DNA of 64,000 nucleotides. Origin: Malacoraja senta (taxonomy: Eukaryota). The notes below the pieces were generated by a model, which was given only the letters and a program-made list of their open reading frames with translations, was not told the origin of the DNA and did not search any database. Positions 12,540 to 25,134 of this stretch are shown here, piece by piece. Within the stretch, counting starts at the first letter, position 1; each line of letters begins with the position of its first letter. The stretch is from NCBI GenBank assembly GCA_038087875.1, contig CM075981.1, positions 1,364,001 to 1,428,000 on the forward strand, written 5' to 3'. The translations under genes and the position numbers were made by a program.

Positions 12540-12880
12540 AAGATCAAATAGAGAAAGTCCTGAATAGAGTGGATGTTTCCGCTAGTGGGAGAGTCTAGGC
12601 CCAGAGGTCATAACCTTATAATTCTGTTAGGATGGAGAGGAGGAAGAATTTAATTAGTCAGAAGGTGGTGAATCTGAGGAAATCTTTGCCACATAAGGCT
12701 GTGGAGGTCGTCAATAGATATGTTTAAGACATAGATAGATAGATCCTTGATTAGTACATGTGTCATGGGTTATGGAGAGAAGGCAGGAGAAAAGGGTTAG
12801 GAGGGAGAGATGGATCAGACATGATTGAATGGCAGAGTAGATGGATGGTCCGAATAGCTTAATTCTACTCCTATCACTTA
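12540..12880 (+). mobile_element. CR1-type LINE 3' fragment
   Basis: Homologous to the 3' part of 20580-21340. Confidence 0.65.
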
Positions 12881-12919
12881 TGTACTTATGAAAACCTGTT
12901 GGAGCAGATAAAGTTGAGA

Positions 12920-13310
12920 CGATAGACACAAAATGCTGGAGTAACGGAGCGAAACAAGCAGCATCTCTGCAGAGAAGGAATGTGTGATGTTTCAAGGCGA
13001 GACCCTTTTTCAGACTGATGTCAGGGGAGTGGGAGTACAGAGATGAAATGTAATCGGAGACAGTAAGACTGGTCAAAGAACTGGGAGGGGTAGAGAGAGA
13101 GGGAAAACAAGGGCTACTTGAATTTAGAGAAGTCAATGTTCATACCGCTGGGGTGTAAGCTGCCCAAGCGAAATATGAGGTGCTGTTCCTCCAATTTTCG
13201 CTGGGCCTCACCCTGACAACAGAGGAAGCCCAGGACAGAAAGGTTAGTGTGGGAATGGGAGGGAGAGTTAAACTGTTGATCAACCGGGAGATCAGGTAGG
13301 TTTAGGCAGC
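12920..13310 (-). mobile_element. Penelope-like 3' fragment
   Basis: Reverse complement of EEQHLIFRLGSL plus the terminal repeat. Confidence 0.7.
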
Positions 13311-13949
13311 TTTAGGGTGGGATGGGTAGAGCACAGGGAATATGATCCATTCTGAACTATATGCACAGTAACCAGAACAACAGGGCAGATTCTTGCTCCG
13401 TGCGTGCAAATACACTGCAGTACTTTAGGGGTTCTCCTAAATATAAGGTCTTGGAAATAACACGTAGATGTTTGTGTGTTGGGAGGAACTGCAGATGGTG
13501 GTTTACACTGAAGATAAACATAAAAATGCTCCAGCAATTCAGCGGGTCAGAAGCGACATTTTGCCGGCAACGCAACAGAAAATCATCAAATATGGTAGTT
13601 TTCAGGTTAGCTGGATAAAAGAAACAGATTGAGTATGTGTGTATGTGTATATATACACACTGAACTTTTTTTCTCTCCCGTTATGTACTATGTTTACATA
13701 TTCTATTGTGCTGCAGCAAGTAAGATTGTCATTGTTCTATCTGGGACATATGACAATAAAACACTCTTGACTCTTGACCCTTGAAAAGGAACAGGTGACG
13801 TTTCGAGTCGAGACCCTTCTTCAGACTGAGAGTCAGAGGAAAGGGAAACAAGAGATATAGAAGGTACACAGAACAAATGAATGAAATGTATGAATTAATG
13901 ATGTTTAAACCTGTTCCTAATATGGCTCTATCGACAACATATTTTCCAG

Positions 13950-13996
13950 AATCCAAGTGCAAAACATCACACGGTGAAAACAACAATGAAACCCAG
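13950..13996 (+). CDS. Gene A exon: cytoplasmic 1 (ESKCKTSHGENNNETQ)
   Basis: attttccag acceptor, CAG|GTAAAA donor, phase 1 to 0, 47 nt; same size and phase as and homologous to 40621-40667. Confidence 0.82.
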
Positions 13997-14094
13997 GTAA
14001 AAATGTGAAATATAAGTTCTCTGAGTGATGAAGAATATAGGACTTTGAATTATCTGTATTTACACAGGCCTTTAGCAACACCAGTCCACTCCAG

Positions 14095-15870
14095 TTAAGA
14101 TGGTTGTCCTACCCAAATTCCTGTATCTTTTCCAGCATGTCCCCATACTTATCACCAAATCTTTTTTTGACAAATTAGAAAGGACAATATCTAAATTCTT
14201 ATGGCGTAGCAAACCGGTCAGAATCCGAAAGGCGATACTGCAGTCGCCTAAGAGTGATGGCGGTTTGGCCCTCCCTGATTTTAGGCGATACTACTGGGCA
14301 GCTAACTTGCAAAAAGTCCTGTATTGGATGAATGATGATTGCGAGCACCCACCGATCCGGATATATATGGAAAAGGCGAGTTCACGTCTCCCATTGCGGT
14401 CTGTCCTATGTTCCCAACTCCCCCTTTCTATAACATCTGTGGGTGCAGGCCCAATTGTGCCCCTTTCGCTCAAGGTATGGAGTGAATTTAGGAAAAACCT
14501 CGGTTTACAGGGTCCTTCCATCTTGACCCCACTGCTTAAAAATCACATTTTTAAACCTTCAAGTATAGACCACGCATTTAAAACCTGGCATAGTAATGGC
14601 ATCAGTAGTATTAACAACCTATATAAGGATGGTATCTTCTCATCTTGCGCGGAGCTCTCCTCTAACTACAACCTCCCAAACTCCCACCTTTTTCGGTTTT
14701 TCCAGATTAGGGATTTTGTGAAGAAGACATTTCCCTACTTCCCAAATCGCCCTCCTGAAACCCTGACTGATATCATCTTAGCTTTAGACCCCAATCGGAA
14801 GAAATGCATCTCTATTTTGTATAATTTCATAGGGTCGGTTTTATTGAAACCTCATACCTCATTAAAAGCTGCATGGGAGGGAGAGCTGAATACGCAATTA
14901 ACAGACCAGCAATGGGACTCTGCCTTGGATTTGATCCACTCTTCTTCCATATGCGCTCGTCATGGCCTAATCCAATGCAAGGTCCTTTACAAAGTCCACT
15001 ATACAAATGCAAGATTAGCTAGAATGTACCCAGCTGTCAATGATACCTGTAACAGATGTAGTCAATCTCCTGCCAACCATAGCCACATGTTTTGGTCTTG
15101 CCCTAAGCTAGCAGCCTTTTGGAGGAGTGCTTTTGAATTGATAAGCAGAGCTTATGACCAGACTATTCTTCCAAATCCAATGTCAGCCATTTTCGGTACC
15201 CCTCCCAATACCAACCTCTCTGTTGCGGTGAAACGGGTCCTAGCTTTTACAAACTTGTTAGCCCGGAGACTGATCTTGCTTAGTTGGAGGCTCACCTGTC
15301 CCCCGACACACGCCCGTTGGATTAAGGAGGTGCTTTACAATCTGAAAATTGAAAAACTTAGGTTCTCTCTCAAAGGCTCTACCAAGACATTCCTAGATAC
15401 ATGGAACCCTTTCTTTGAACTGGTTAACTCTCTTACCTTGTCCTCGGACTCGGAAGAGGACTGAGTGTTCTCCATCATCGTTTTGTTCTACAGCAGCTGC
15501 TTTCCCCTTAACCCCCCTCCCTNNNNNNNNNNNNNNNNNNNNNNNNNNNNNNNNNNNNNNNNNNNNNNNNNNNNNNNNNNNNNNNNNNNNNNNNNNNNNN
15601 NNNNNNNNNNNNNNNNNNNNNNNNNNNNNNNNNNNNNNNNNNNNNNNNNNNNNGTCTATTTTACCATTTGTGTATGGATGTGTACGTATGTGAGTGTTGT
15701 TTGTCCCCGTTTGGCTCCGTCCTGACTTGGGTGGGTTGAAGGTGGGTATGGGTAAGGGTTTTGAGGATCGCTTACATACTGTTGTACAATTATGCCTTGA
15801 TTATTACTGTCTTATTATTGTATGTATGTAAATTGCCGTGAAATTCAAATATAAAGATTAAATTTAAAGA
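14095..15870 (+). mobile_element. 5'-truncated L1-clade LINE (ORF2 C-terminus plus 3' UTR)
   Basis: Uninterrupted 454-aa ORF 14100..15464 beginning KMVVLPKFLYLFQ, with GGLALPD and CxxC..HMFWSC motifs; 3' UTR spans the N gap. Confidence 0.85.
15523..15653. other. N gap (131 nt)
   Basis: Run of N. Confidence 1.
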
Positions 15871-16179
15871 GATCCAGCGCAGAAGCAGGCCCTTCGGCCC
15901 ACCGAGTCCACGCCGACTGGTGACCCCGCACACTAACACTATCCTACACATACTAGGGACAATTTGCAATTATACCAAACCAATTAACCTACAAACCTGT
16001 TGTATGCGCTGTCAGGCAGCAACTCTACCGTTGCTCTACATTACTACACTATCTTTGTGTTGTAAACAGCAGCAAATGCGTGTTCTGTACACTGAACATT
16101 TGAGCTATTTTGCAATAGACATCTATTGCGGGCCTATCAGATCTATTAGGTTGTAAAATTGGATTTTGTTATATTTCAG

Positions 16180-16434
16180 GAAATGGTAGTATTAGAAGGG
16201 AACCACAGGGCAGCTGACCATTTGGATAACAATGAAGGTGGAATCACGTATGCAGTGGTGAAATGTCAAAGGAAGTTGAGATCAAGGCACCATGTGACTG
16301 ACAACGCTGTCGTCTACGCAGATGTCAATTTTCAAAGCAACTGCCCGAAGGGCAATCGGAAACCCCACTCTACTCTGCCTCCAGAGAACCTTGAGTCAAC
16401 CTATGCCTCTGTTGTTCTTAGGAGAGATGTTTAA
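16180..16434 (+). CDS. Gene A terminal exon: cytoplasmic tail with three ITIMs
   Basis: atatttcag|GAA acceptor, phase 0, stop TAA at 16432-16434. Contains ITYAVV, VVYADV and STYASV matching (S/I/V/L)xYxx(L/V). Confidence 0.88.
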   Translation, partial: EMVVLEGNHRAADHLDNNEGGITYAVVKCQRKLRSRHHVTDNAVVYADVNFQSNCPKGNRKPHSTLPPENLESTYASVVLRRDV

Positions 16435-18942
16435 TTCGGTGTGCGTTTTTGGCAATAATTGCTTTACACTGCTTTAATCTGCCCTATACTTTGTCAAAGA
16501 TGGACACAAAATGCTGGAGTAACTCAGCAGGTCAGGCAGCATTTCTGGAGAAAATGGACAGGTGACGTTTGAGGTTGGGACCCTTCTTCAGATGGTCTGT
16601 AGAAAGGTCCTGACCCAAAATGTTAACTATCCATTTTTGCCAGATATGTTTCTTGACCATCTGAGTTACTCCAGCATTTTAGGTTCGTCTTTGGTATAAA
16701 CCAGCATATTTTTATAACTATTCTTTGTCAAGCTCTTTCTGAGCGGTTTCGTTCAATTCATCAGGTGTCAGGGGGTATTGGGAGGAGGCAGGAGATTGGT
16801 GTTAGGAGGGAGAGGTACATCAGCGATGATTGAATGGTAGAGTAGCCTTGATGGACCAAATTGCCTATTCCTATCACTAATGAACATGAATTCCACTCCC
16901 TTCATCGATCTCTTTCATCTGCTAGTATATTGAGGGAGCCTAGATCGTGCATACAAATGATAAAATGGCGCTGCTTCCCATTCCTATAATTTCCACCCTC
17001 ATTCCCTCCACCCACAAGTTCCCCAACCCTCCCATCATCATTCCTTGCCAGGGTCAGCGTCGCCACCATAAAATCCATTGTCGCTGGGGCAAAATATTGT
17101 GTATTCAAGTCTGTAAAGGGGCAATGGATCAAGCAAGAAAATGGGTTCAAGTGGATAGTGGGCTATGGCAGATAAGCCCAAGATGTAAAATGATCCTCAA
17201 GCCTGGGTAAGGGGCCTCACTGAAACTTAATCAAGACTGGATTTTAACTGCCTCAGTGACCAGTTGCAAATAAAATGATCTTAAGTGAGCCCATCCATAG
17301 ATACTGCACAGCCAAGGGGAAACGAGGAGGGGGAGGGGAGTAATGTAGCGTGGAACTGCAGAACTATTCGTAGCTTTTATAGCCTATTAGAGTGCAAGAA
17401 GTGTCAAAAGTGTTTTATTGTCATACAGTATGTACTTGCAGCAGCACAACAGAGTAATAGACATGAATTCCTTTATCTTATGTACTCACTGAGAATGCAA
17501 GTTGGAGGTAGGGGAGGAACGTAATGTAGATGTGGTTGTATAAAATGCACTGAATGTTTTGTATCTGAGGGCATATGCCCCAGGACATGTGTAAACAAAG
17601 TTGGCCAATTCGTAATAAAATAAAAAATTCTGAAAACAAGCCCAGAATCCACGTGAAAATTTCCCGTCTACAACGTCCCTCCCCAGTACATGAGCACACG
17701 ACCTACGAGCACATCAGTGCCAACTGGTAGAGTACATCACTGCCTGAACTGCAAATTTCTGGGTGAGATTCTAAACCAAGGAAATTCAACTGTCATGACC
17801 ACAGAAACCCCCCACAAAAAAGGCAATTTCTGTAGCAGAAGAAAGTTCGATTGGAAATTCTGGTCTTAGCAGCATTGCTACAGGACATCTTCTCAACTCT
17901 AGAGGTACTCCGTTCGAAATATGCAAAGTTCTTACTGAGCAGGAGAGTGCAGGTGAAGGGATGAGGTTTTCCTTGGCTCAATTGTCCAAACGTAGTGTGA
18001 AGGGGTAAGTTGGGCCGAATGGCCTGTTTCTCCGTTGTATGACTCTATGACTCCAATGCAATCTAGCCTGGGAACAATTGTTTCTCAGATGTTAAAGTAT
18101 CTATGGAAATATAACTAGTACAGGATATTGACATGATGAAGAATAAGCTATGATTTTAATGCATGGTGTAGTTATGAAGGACCGAATGGGGCCTGACATA
18201 TTTGTTCATTAATTTGTTCACCCTACAATACACATGTATTTGTTTTTGAACACATTTCCAGTCAATATACAAACACATCAAAGGCCAACGTGCCATGGAA
18301 TGAAACATTGAGTGTGAGCTGCATCTTGCTGTGGTCAACGTGCTTCCTGTTAATATGAGCAGTTGAGCAAAACACAAAAAAAACACTTCAGTGGATCAAC
18401 CAACATCTCTGAAAGGAAATGGGCAGATGACATTTCAAGTCAAACCCTACTTCAGACTGGTGTTACTTTTCTCAGAATATGACTGCAGCAGAAACCCACA
18501 AACAAACAATGTTCATAAGTTCATAAGTACTAGGTGCAGAATTAGGCCTTTTGGCCCAACAAGTCTACTCCGCCATTCAATCATGGCTGATCTATCTTCC
18601 CCTCTCAACCCCAATCACCTGCCATCTCCTACATAACCCCTGACACCCACGCTAATCAGGAATCTGTCAATCTCTGCCTCAGAAATATCCATTGACTTGG
18701 CTTTTACAACCGTCAGTTGAAATACATTCCACAGATTCACCACCCTCTGACTGAAGAAATTTGGCCCATATCGCTCTGAACCTATCCTGCCAAGGTTCCC
18801 TCAAGTTCCTATCAAATCTGTCCCCCCTCATCTTAAACCTATGTACCCTGGTTCTCAAGTATTCAGCAAGAACATGCAGACTATAAGAATGTTAGCTCAG
18901 GGAGAGCACCTTGCCCTGGCAGGTCAGTGGGTTTCAGGTAGA

Positions 18943-19203
18943 ACACAGTGGCACAGCAGTAGAGTTGTTGTCTTACAGCATCTGAGACCCTGGTTCGATG
19001 CTGACTTCGGGTGCTGTCTGTATGGAGTTTGTACGTTCTCCCTGTGTCCGCATGGGTTTCCTCTGGGTGCTCGGGTTTCCTCCAACACTCCAAAGACATG
19101 CAGGTTTGTAGGTTATTTTGCACAGTAAATTGTATACGGATTGAACACTGGTAGGCGTGGACTCATTGGGCCGAAGAGCCTGTTTCCATGTTGTATCTAT
19201 AAA
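18943..19203 (+). mobile_element. tRNA-derived SINE (HE1/V-SINE-like)
   Basis: A/B boxes, conserved core, CR1-like 3' end. Confidence 0.8.
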
Positions 19204-19516
19204 GTTGTATTGCCAATTGCACACTCGAGTGGTAGATGGATAACAGTTTCATCCAGAGCACAGCTGCCTTGTGTAGCTCTGTGGTTGTGCAACACAACGC
19301 AACGCAAAAAAAAGGATCTGACTTGGGAGCCCTTCCCACCACCGCCCAAGGAAGGATGTTCACTGTCGGCTTACAAAACCATCGGGGAGGAAGTACCATA
19401 GACTTAACTCTGCAGTATGCATGCCGTTTTGCAAGCACGCAGCTCCCATGCTGCTGAGCATGGTTCAATCCTCGCTCTAGCCTGCAAGGTAAGTTGAAGG
19501 ATATGTCAGACAATCA

Positions 19517-19790
19517 CACATTGGCACAGCAGGTAGAGCCGCTGCCTCACAGCATCCAAGTTCCGGGTTCGATCCTGACCGTGGGTGCTGTCTGTGTGGA
19601 GTTAGCACCTTCTCCCTGTGACCATGTTCGTTTCCGCTGGATGCTCGGGTTTCCTCCCACAACCCAAAGACGTGTGGGTTTGTAGGTTAATTGGCCCTCT
19701 GCAAATTGACCCTCGTGTGTAGGGAATGGATGCGAAAGTAGTCGGTGTGGACTCGGTGGTCCGAAGGGCCTTTTCCATGCCGTATCACCC
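19517..19790 (+). mobile_element. tRNA-derived SINE
   Basis: Same family, GGGTTCGATCC B box. Confidence 0.8.
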
Positions 19791-20579
19791 TGTAAATGAG
19801 TTTACCGAGTGCAGCTTAGTGTGCATTCTGATATTTGGATGATCTTAAACGTTGATGGGAGGAAAGTGATAACTTACACGAGAGACCACTGGAACAGCCA
19901 ACACACTCGATATGCATTTCAGTCAGAAATCGGATGAGACAGTGTGATGAAAGAATAATACATGGGAGACTGTGTTGAATATGAGAAGGATTGTTAGCAC
20001 AGGCCTTCAGCCAAGAGGTAAATATAATCCAAGCTTTATGTATAAGAAGGAACTACAAATGCTGGTTTAAATCAAAGATAGACACAAAATGCTGGAGTAA
20101 CTCAGCGGGACAGGCAGATTCTCTGGAGATTCCTTCCCTCCAGAATTGCTGCCTGTCCAGCTGAGTTACTCCAGCATTCTGAGTCTATACAAGCTTTATG
20201 TAGTCTGGTTTACTGGCATTCCATACAGCTGTACCTGCAGTAAACATGAAATTAATTGCTGCGACATTAACAACACCAAGAGTGAAATTATGTTGAATTT
20301 GGCTTTTTTTTTGCTAAGATTTTCATTGTACCTGTGCCTCGCTGTACTTGTACACATCACAATAAATTTGGCTTGACTTGACTGTTAGGGGTGGGACAGT
20401 GGAGCAGCGGTAGAGCTGCTGCCTCACAGCACCAGAGACCTAGATTCGATGCTGACTACGGGTGTTGTCTGCAGAGTTTGCACGTTCTCCCTGTGACTAC
20501 ATGGGTTTCTTCCTGATGCTCCGGTTTCCTCCCACATCCCAAAGGTGTACAGGTTTGTAGGTTGATAGACTTTGGTAAG

Positions 20580-21340
20580 AAAAATGGCGTCAAGTTGGGA
20601 AAAGGGGAAGTACAACGGGATCTGGGGGCTCCTTGTATATCAGTCTATGAAAGTAAGCATGGAGGTCCAGCAGGCAGTGAAGAAAGCGAATGGCATGTTG
20701 GCCTTTATAACAAGAGGAATCGAATATAGGAACAAAGAGGTCCTTCTGTAGTTGTACAGAGCCCTAGTGAGACCACACCTGGAGTATTGTGTACAGTTTT
20801 GGTCCCCTAAATTGAGGAAGACATTCATGCTATTAAGGGAGTGCAGCGTAGGTTTACAAGGTTAATTCCCGGGATGGCAGAACTGTCATATGCTGAGAGT
20901 ATGGAGCTGCTGGGCTTGTACACTCTGGAGTTTAGAAGGATGAGAGGGTATCTCATTGAAACATATAAGATTGTTAAGGGCTTGGACACGCTAGAGGCAG
21001 GAAACATGTTCCCGATGTTGGGGGAGTCCAGAACCACGGGCCACAGTTTAAGAATAAGGAGTAAGCCATTTAGCACGGAGACAAGGAAACACTTTTTCTC
21101 ACAGAGAGTGGTGAGTGTGGTATTCTCTGCCTCAGAGGGCGGTGGAGGCAGGTGCTATGGATGCTTTCAAGAGAGAGATAGAAAGGGCTCTTAAAAATAG
21201 CGGAGTCAGGGGATATGGGGAGAAGCCAGGAACGGGGTACTGATTGGGGATGATCAGCCATGATCACATTGAATGGCGGTGCTGGCTCGAAGGGTCAAAT
21301 GGTCTACTCCTGCACCTATTGTCTATTGTCTATTGTCTAA
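20580..21340 (+). mobile_element. CR1-type LINE 3' fragment
   Basis: [16 protein letters not shown] and [11 protein letters not shown] motifs, (GTCTATT)n tail. Confidence 0.88.
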
Positions 21341-21724
21341 AAATTGTAAATTGATTCTAGTGTGTAGGATGGTGCTAATGTACGGGGTGATCGCTGGTCG
21401 GTGCGGACTCGGTGAGCAAAGGGCCTGTTTGCACACTGTATCTCTAAAAGTAATAAAAACTAAAATTAAAAGGCTGGACTATGAAAATTGGATTATTTTT
21501 ATTTTACACTCCAAAGACGTACAGGTATGTAGGTAAATTGGCTTGGTAAATGTAATAATTGGCCCTAGTGTGTGTAGGATAGTGTTAATGAGCGTGGATT
21601 AGTGGCCGGCACGGACTCGGTGGGCCTGAGGGCCTGTTCACTAAACTAAACAGAACTAAATTTGTTGAATTTAACTGAGACAACTTCAAATTCAAAAGAT
21701 TCAGATTTTATCAGCAGTCTCATT

Positions 21725-21830
21725 CTGGTTTCACAATCAGGCTTCCTGTTCCCTGCTTCCTCATTCTTAATACATGGCATATTTGTCAGACCATTCAGTC
21801 TGAGGACTAAGAGTTGAGCAGCAAATCAGT
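21725..21830 (+). promoter_or_regulatory. Conserved proximal upstream block of the leader exons (copies about 32965-33060 and 52730-52825)
   Basis: Shared GTTTCACAATCAGG-(T/C)(A/T)TCCTG and GGACTAAGAG blocks 30-130 nt upstream of each ATG; Ets-type CTTCCTG at 21742 and CTTCCTC at 21756. Function is inferred. Confidence 0.5.
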
Positions 21831-21857
21831 GCTAACATGGTCTCCTTGGATAAAACT

Positions 21858-21894
21858 ATGTGGATTCCAATTCTTCTCAATTATTCCCTGCCCG
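21858..21894 (+). pseudogene. Orphan leader exon MWIPILLNYSLP
   Basis: ATG..CCC G|GTAAGT, 37 nt, phase 1, homologous to the leaders at 33100 and 52868 including upstream sequence. Hydrophobic core degraded; no Ig exon found before the next leader. Confidence 0.75.
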
Positions 21895-23239
21895 GTAAGT
21901 AACAGCTTGTCTGGACGTTCATGTGATCAGACTGTACGAGATAGTCACAAAGTGCTGGAGTAACTCAGCGGGACAGGCTGAAGAAAAGTCTCGACCCGAA
22001 ACGTCACCCATACCTTCTATCCAGAGATGCTGCCTGTCCCTCTGTGTTACTCCAGCATATTGTGTCTATCGGTGTAAACCAGCATCTGCAGTTCCTTCCT
22101 TTACATATGCTGGAAATACTTAGTAGGTGTGCCGAGGAAAAGTGTTACCCTTTCAGATCAGAGATCATTCGACCTAAAACCTAACTCTATCTCTCTCCCC
22201 ACAGATGCGGCCTGACCACCTGATTATTTTTTTGTTTTCGTAGTTTTATTTTGATATTCATTTTGGTGATCAGAATTGTGCACCATTTCTGCAGTGGAGA
22301 TAGTTAAATGTTGCAGATGTAAAGATAACTGAACAATATTGGGACGTGGAACAAGAAAAGGTATGTTGGAAGAACTCAGCGAGTCAGCCAGCATCTGTGA
22401 ATGCGAAGAGGACCCTGCATCTGGACTGAGTAAGGGAGGCAGGAAAGGGTGAATCAGTATCGGAAGGTGGGCTTGCGTGAGAGGAGTCCACCAGAGGGTG
22501 TGAATTACCCAAAATTGGAAAATGTAATGTTTGTACCATTGAGTTTTGAGCTATCAATCAACCTCTCAAGGTCTGCTTGTGTATTCTCTATTAAACACAT
22601 CCTCTTCATCCAGTTCCATCTTCCTCAACCAACCCCGACCCTCCCACCGTTTAGTACATCTATATGCTGCCAAGCATCTCTTTCCCCTCTCAGTCCTGAT
22701 GCAGGGTCTCGATCTGAAAGAACGACTTGCACTTTTTTGCCTTCAAACCTCCATGACCCACTGAGTCCTTCCAGTGTGCTGTTTGTTGTTCCAGAATCCA
22801 GCATCTGCAATCTCTTTTGTCTCAATATTAGAGTGTGGTCTTCCAGTCTCCTCCTGTCTCTATCACTGTGCCACACATAAATCGTGTCCGCCAATGTATC
22901 TGAAAGCACAAACTGACTGTGAATGAAAGAACAGAGACCCCCCCCCCCACACCTCACGCCTATGTTCTCGGCAGCACCGACCAGGACCTGTGTTGTTGGT
23001 TGCTCCATCTTCACGCCATGGTTGAAATGAGGTTTCTCTGCAATAAACGACGCATCTACTTACTTTGAAGAAGGGTCTAGACCCGAAAAGTCACCCATTC
23101 CTTCTCTCCAGGGATGCTGCCTGTCCCGTTGAGTTACTCCAGCATTTTGTGTCCTTCTTCAGTTTAAACCAGCATCTGCAGTTCCTTCCTAGACACTACT
23201 TACTTTGCCAAGCCTTTTCAAATTAAGCCCCCCAACTCA

Positions 23240-23567
23240 GGGTTGCACAGTGACGCAGCGGTGGAGTTGCTGCTTACAGCGCCAGAGACCTGGGTTCGAT
23301 CCTGACCTCGGGTGCCGTCTGTGTGGAGTTTGTAGGTTCTCCCCATTACTGCATGGCCTTTCTCTGCCTGCTCCGGTTTCCTCGCACATTTCTAAGATGT
23401 GCAAGTTTGAAGGTTAATGAGCTTCTGTAAATTGCTCCTAGTATTTTGGATGTGAATGTGGGATGAGATTGAACTAGTGTGAACGGTTGATCGATGGTCG
23501 GCATAGACTTGGTGGGTTGAAGGGCCTGTTTCCACGCTGAATCTCTAAACTAAAACTAAGCTAAACT
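23240..23567 (+). mobile_element. tRNA-derived SINE
   Basis: Same family, (TAAAC)n tail. Confidence 0.8.
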
Positions 23568-24669
23568 CCACTCCCATTTGAAGCAAGGTCCCGATCTGAA
23601 ACATCACCTATTCATCCTCTCCAGAGATGCTGCCTGACCCGTTAAGTTGTTCCAGACCTTTGTGTCTTTTTTTTGCAAACCAGCTTCTGCAGTTCCTCAT
23701 TTTTCCACTCCCTTGTTCCCAAAGATCAGCAATTGCCAATATATTACTGAATCTGGGTCAGCTTTGTAAATAGCAGCCATTTTGCTCAATGCATTGAATG
23801 ATGCAGTCTCCTTCCTCACACCCATCCCCAACATAGACTGAGAGGAGTTATGTTACAGTGCAAACATCTTCCCTCTACACCTAAAGGTTGTGAGTTCAAA
23901 TCTCATCACAGCACCTGATCAAATAACCCATCTGAACTCTTCAGTGCAGAGCGAGTGAATGTGCCGATCTGCAAGGCATGCCGTGCATCGCAGGCAGGGC
24001 CGGATTTAGATGAAGAGAGGCCCTATGCTGTTCCACTTGTGAGGCCCCTCCCAATCCCCCACCCCCACGACTAGAGGAAGATGGTCCACCAGATTGACAC
24101 TGATTTGCAGCCGAGCGTGGCCAATGAGATAAGGGGCAGGAAAGATGCGCTTTTTACTGATTTATTTATTGCCAGTGCTGGTGTCGAGTTATTGGCTTAA
24201 AAGACTATTATTCTGAAATGGAGGGCAAGGAAAATTACTGAAGGGTTGTTTGGAGACTACAGTGCGTATGTAAGAAAGGCCTATGACAGTGTCAAAAATA
24301 TTATACACCTTGCAGGGCTCTCACTTAATTTTTTTTCTCTGTTGTCAGCCAGCCAACCTTGGCAGCTTTTTAAGTTGCCAAATGACAGTTTAGGTGGTCA
24401 TTTAAGACGGCTTGCATGACGCGTGCCATAATGTGCTCGGATGAAGTGTGTAGTTACCAGTCGGAAATATGCTCAATGAAGCATTCACATATTATTCCTG
24501 CTTCAAATAAAATCACAAACTAAACATATTCACCAATCACGACATGATATATACCACAATGACATGCAGCAAAATTATAATACAGTATCTCAACTCTTTT
24601 TGCACATTGCAATGAATGCAAGTTATATTATTTCTTTCCACTATCAAACAAAAATGTGGTTGGATTATT

Positions 24670-25110
24670 CAGCGTATGATCAACCTCGGTGAGACCACAC
24701 GCAGGCTTGGCGATCGCTACGCACAACACCTACACTCAGTTTGCAATAACCAACCTGATTTCCCGGAGGCTCAACACTTCAACTCCCCTTCCCATTCCGA
24801 ATCCGACCATTCTGTCTTGGGGCTCCTCCATGGCCAGAGTGAGGCCCACCGCATATTGGAGGAGCAGCACCTCATAGTTTTCTGGGTAGTTTACAACCCA
24901 GCGGTATGAACATTGGCTTCTCTAATTTCAGGTAGTCTTTGCTTTCTCCCTCCTTCCCCTCCCATTCCCAGCTCTCCCACAGCTCACTGTATCCGCCTCT
25001 TCATTTCTTTTTCGTGGCCCCCCCCACCACCCCCCCCCCCCGACATCAATCTTAAGAAGGGTCTCGACCCGAAATGTCGTGTATTCCTTCGCTCCATAGA
25101 TGCTGCCTTA
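24670..25110 (+). mobile_element. Penelope-like element 3' fragment (GIY-YIG)
   Basis: GETTRRLGDRYAQHL; ends in the shared terminal repeat. Confidence 0.8.
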
Positions 25111-25134
25111 CCCGCTGATTTTCTCCAGCTTTTT

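Noticed and set aside
17269-17274. AATAAA as the gene A polyadenylation signal
   Set aside because: Several candidates follow the stop; cannot choose without transcript data.
18943-19030. tRNA genes
   Set aside because: A/B boxes run directly into a SINE core and tail in many diverged copies; these are SINE heads.
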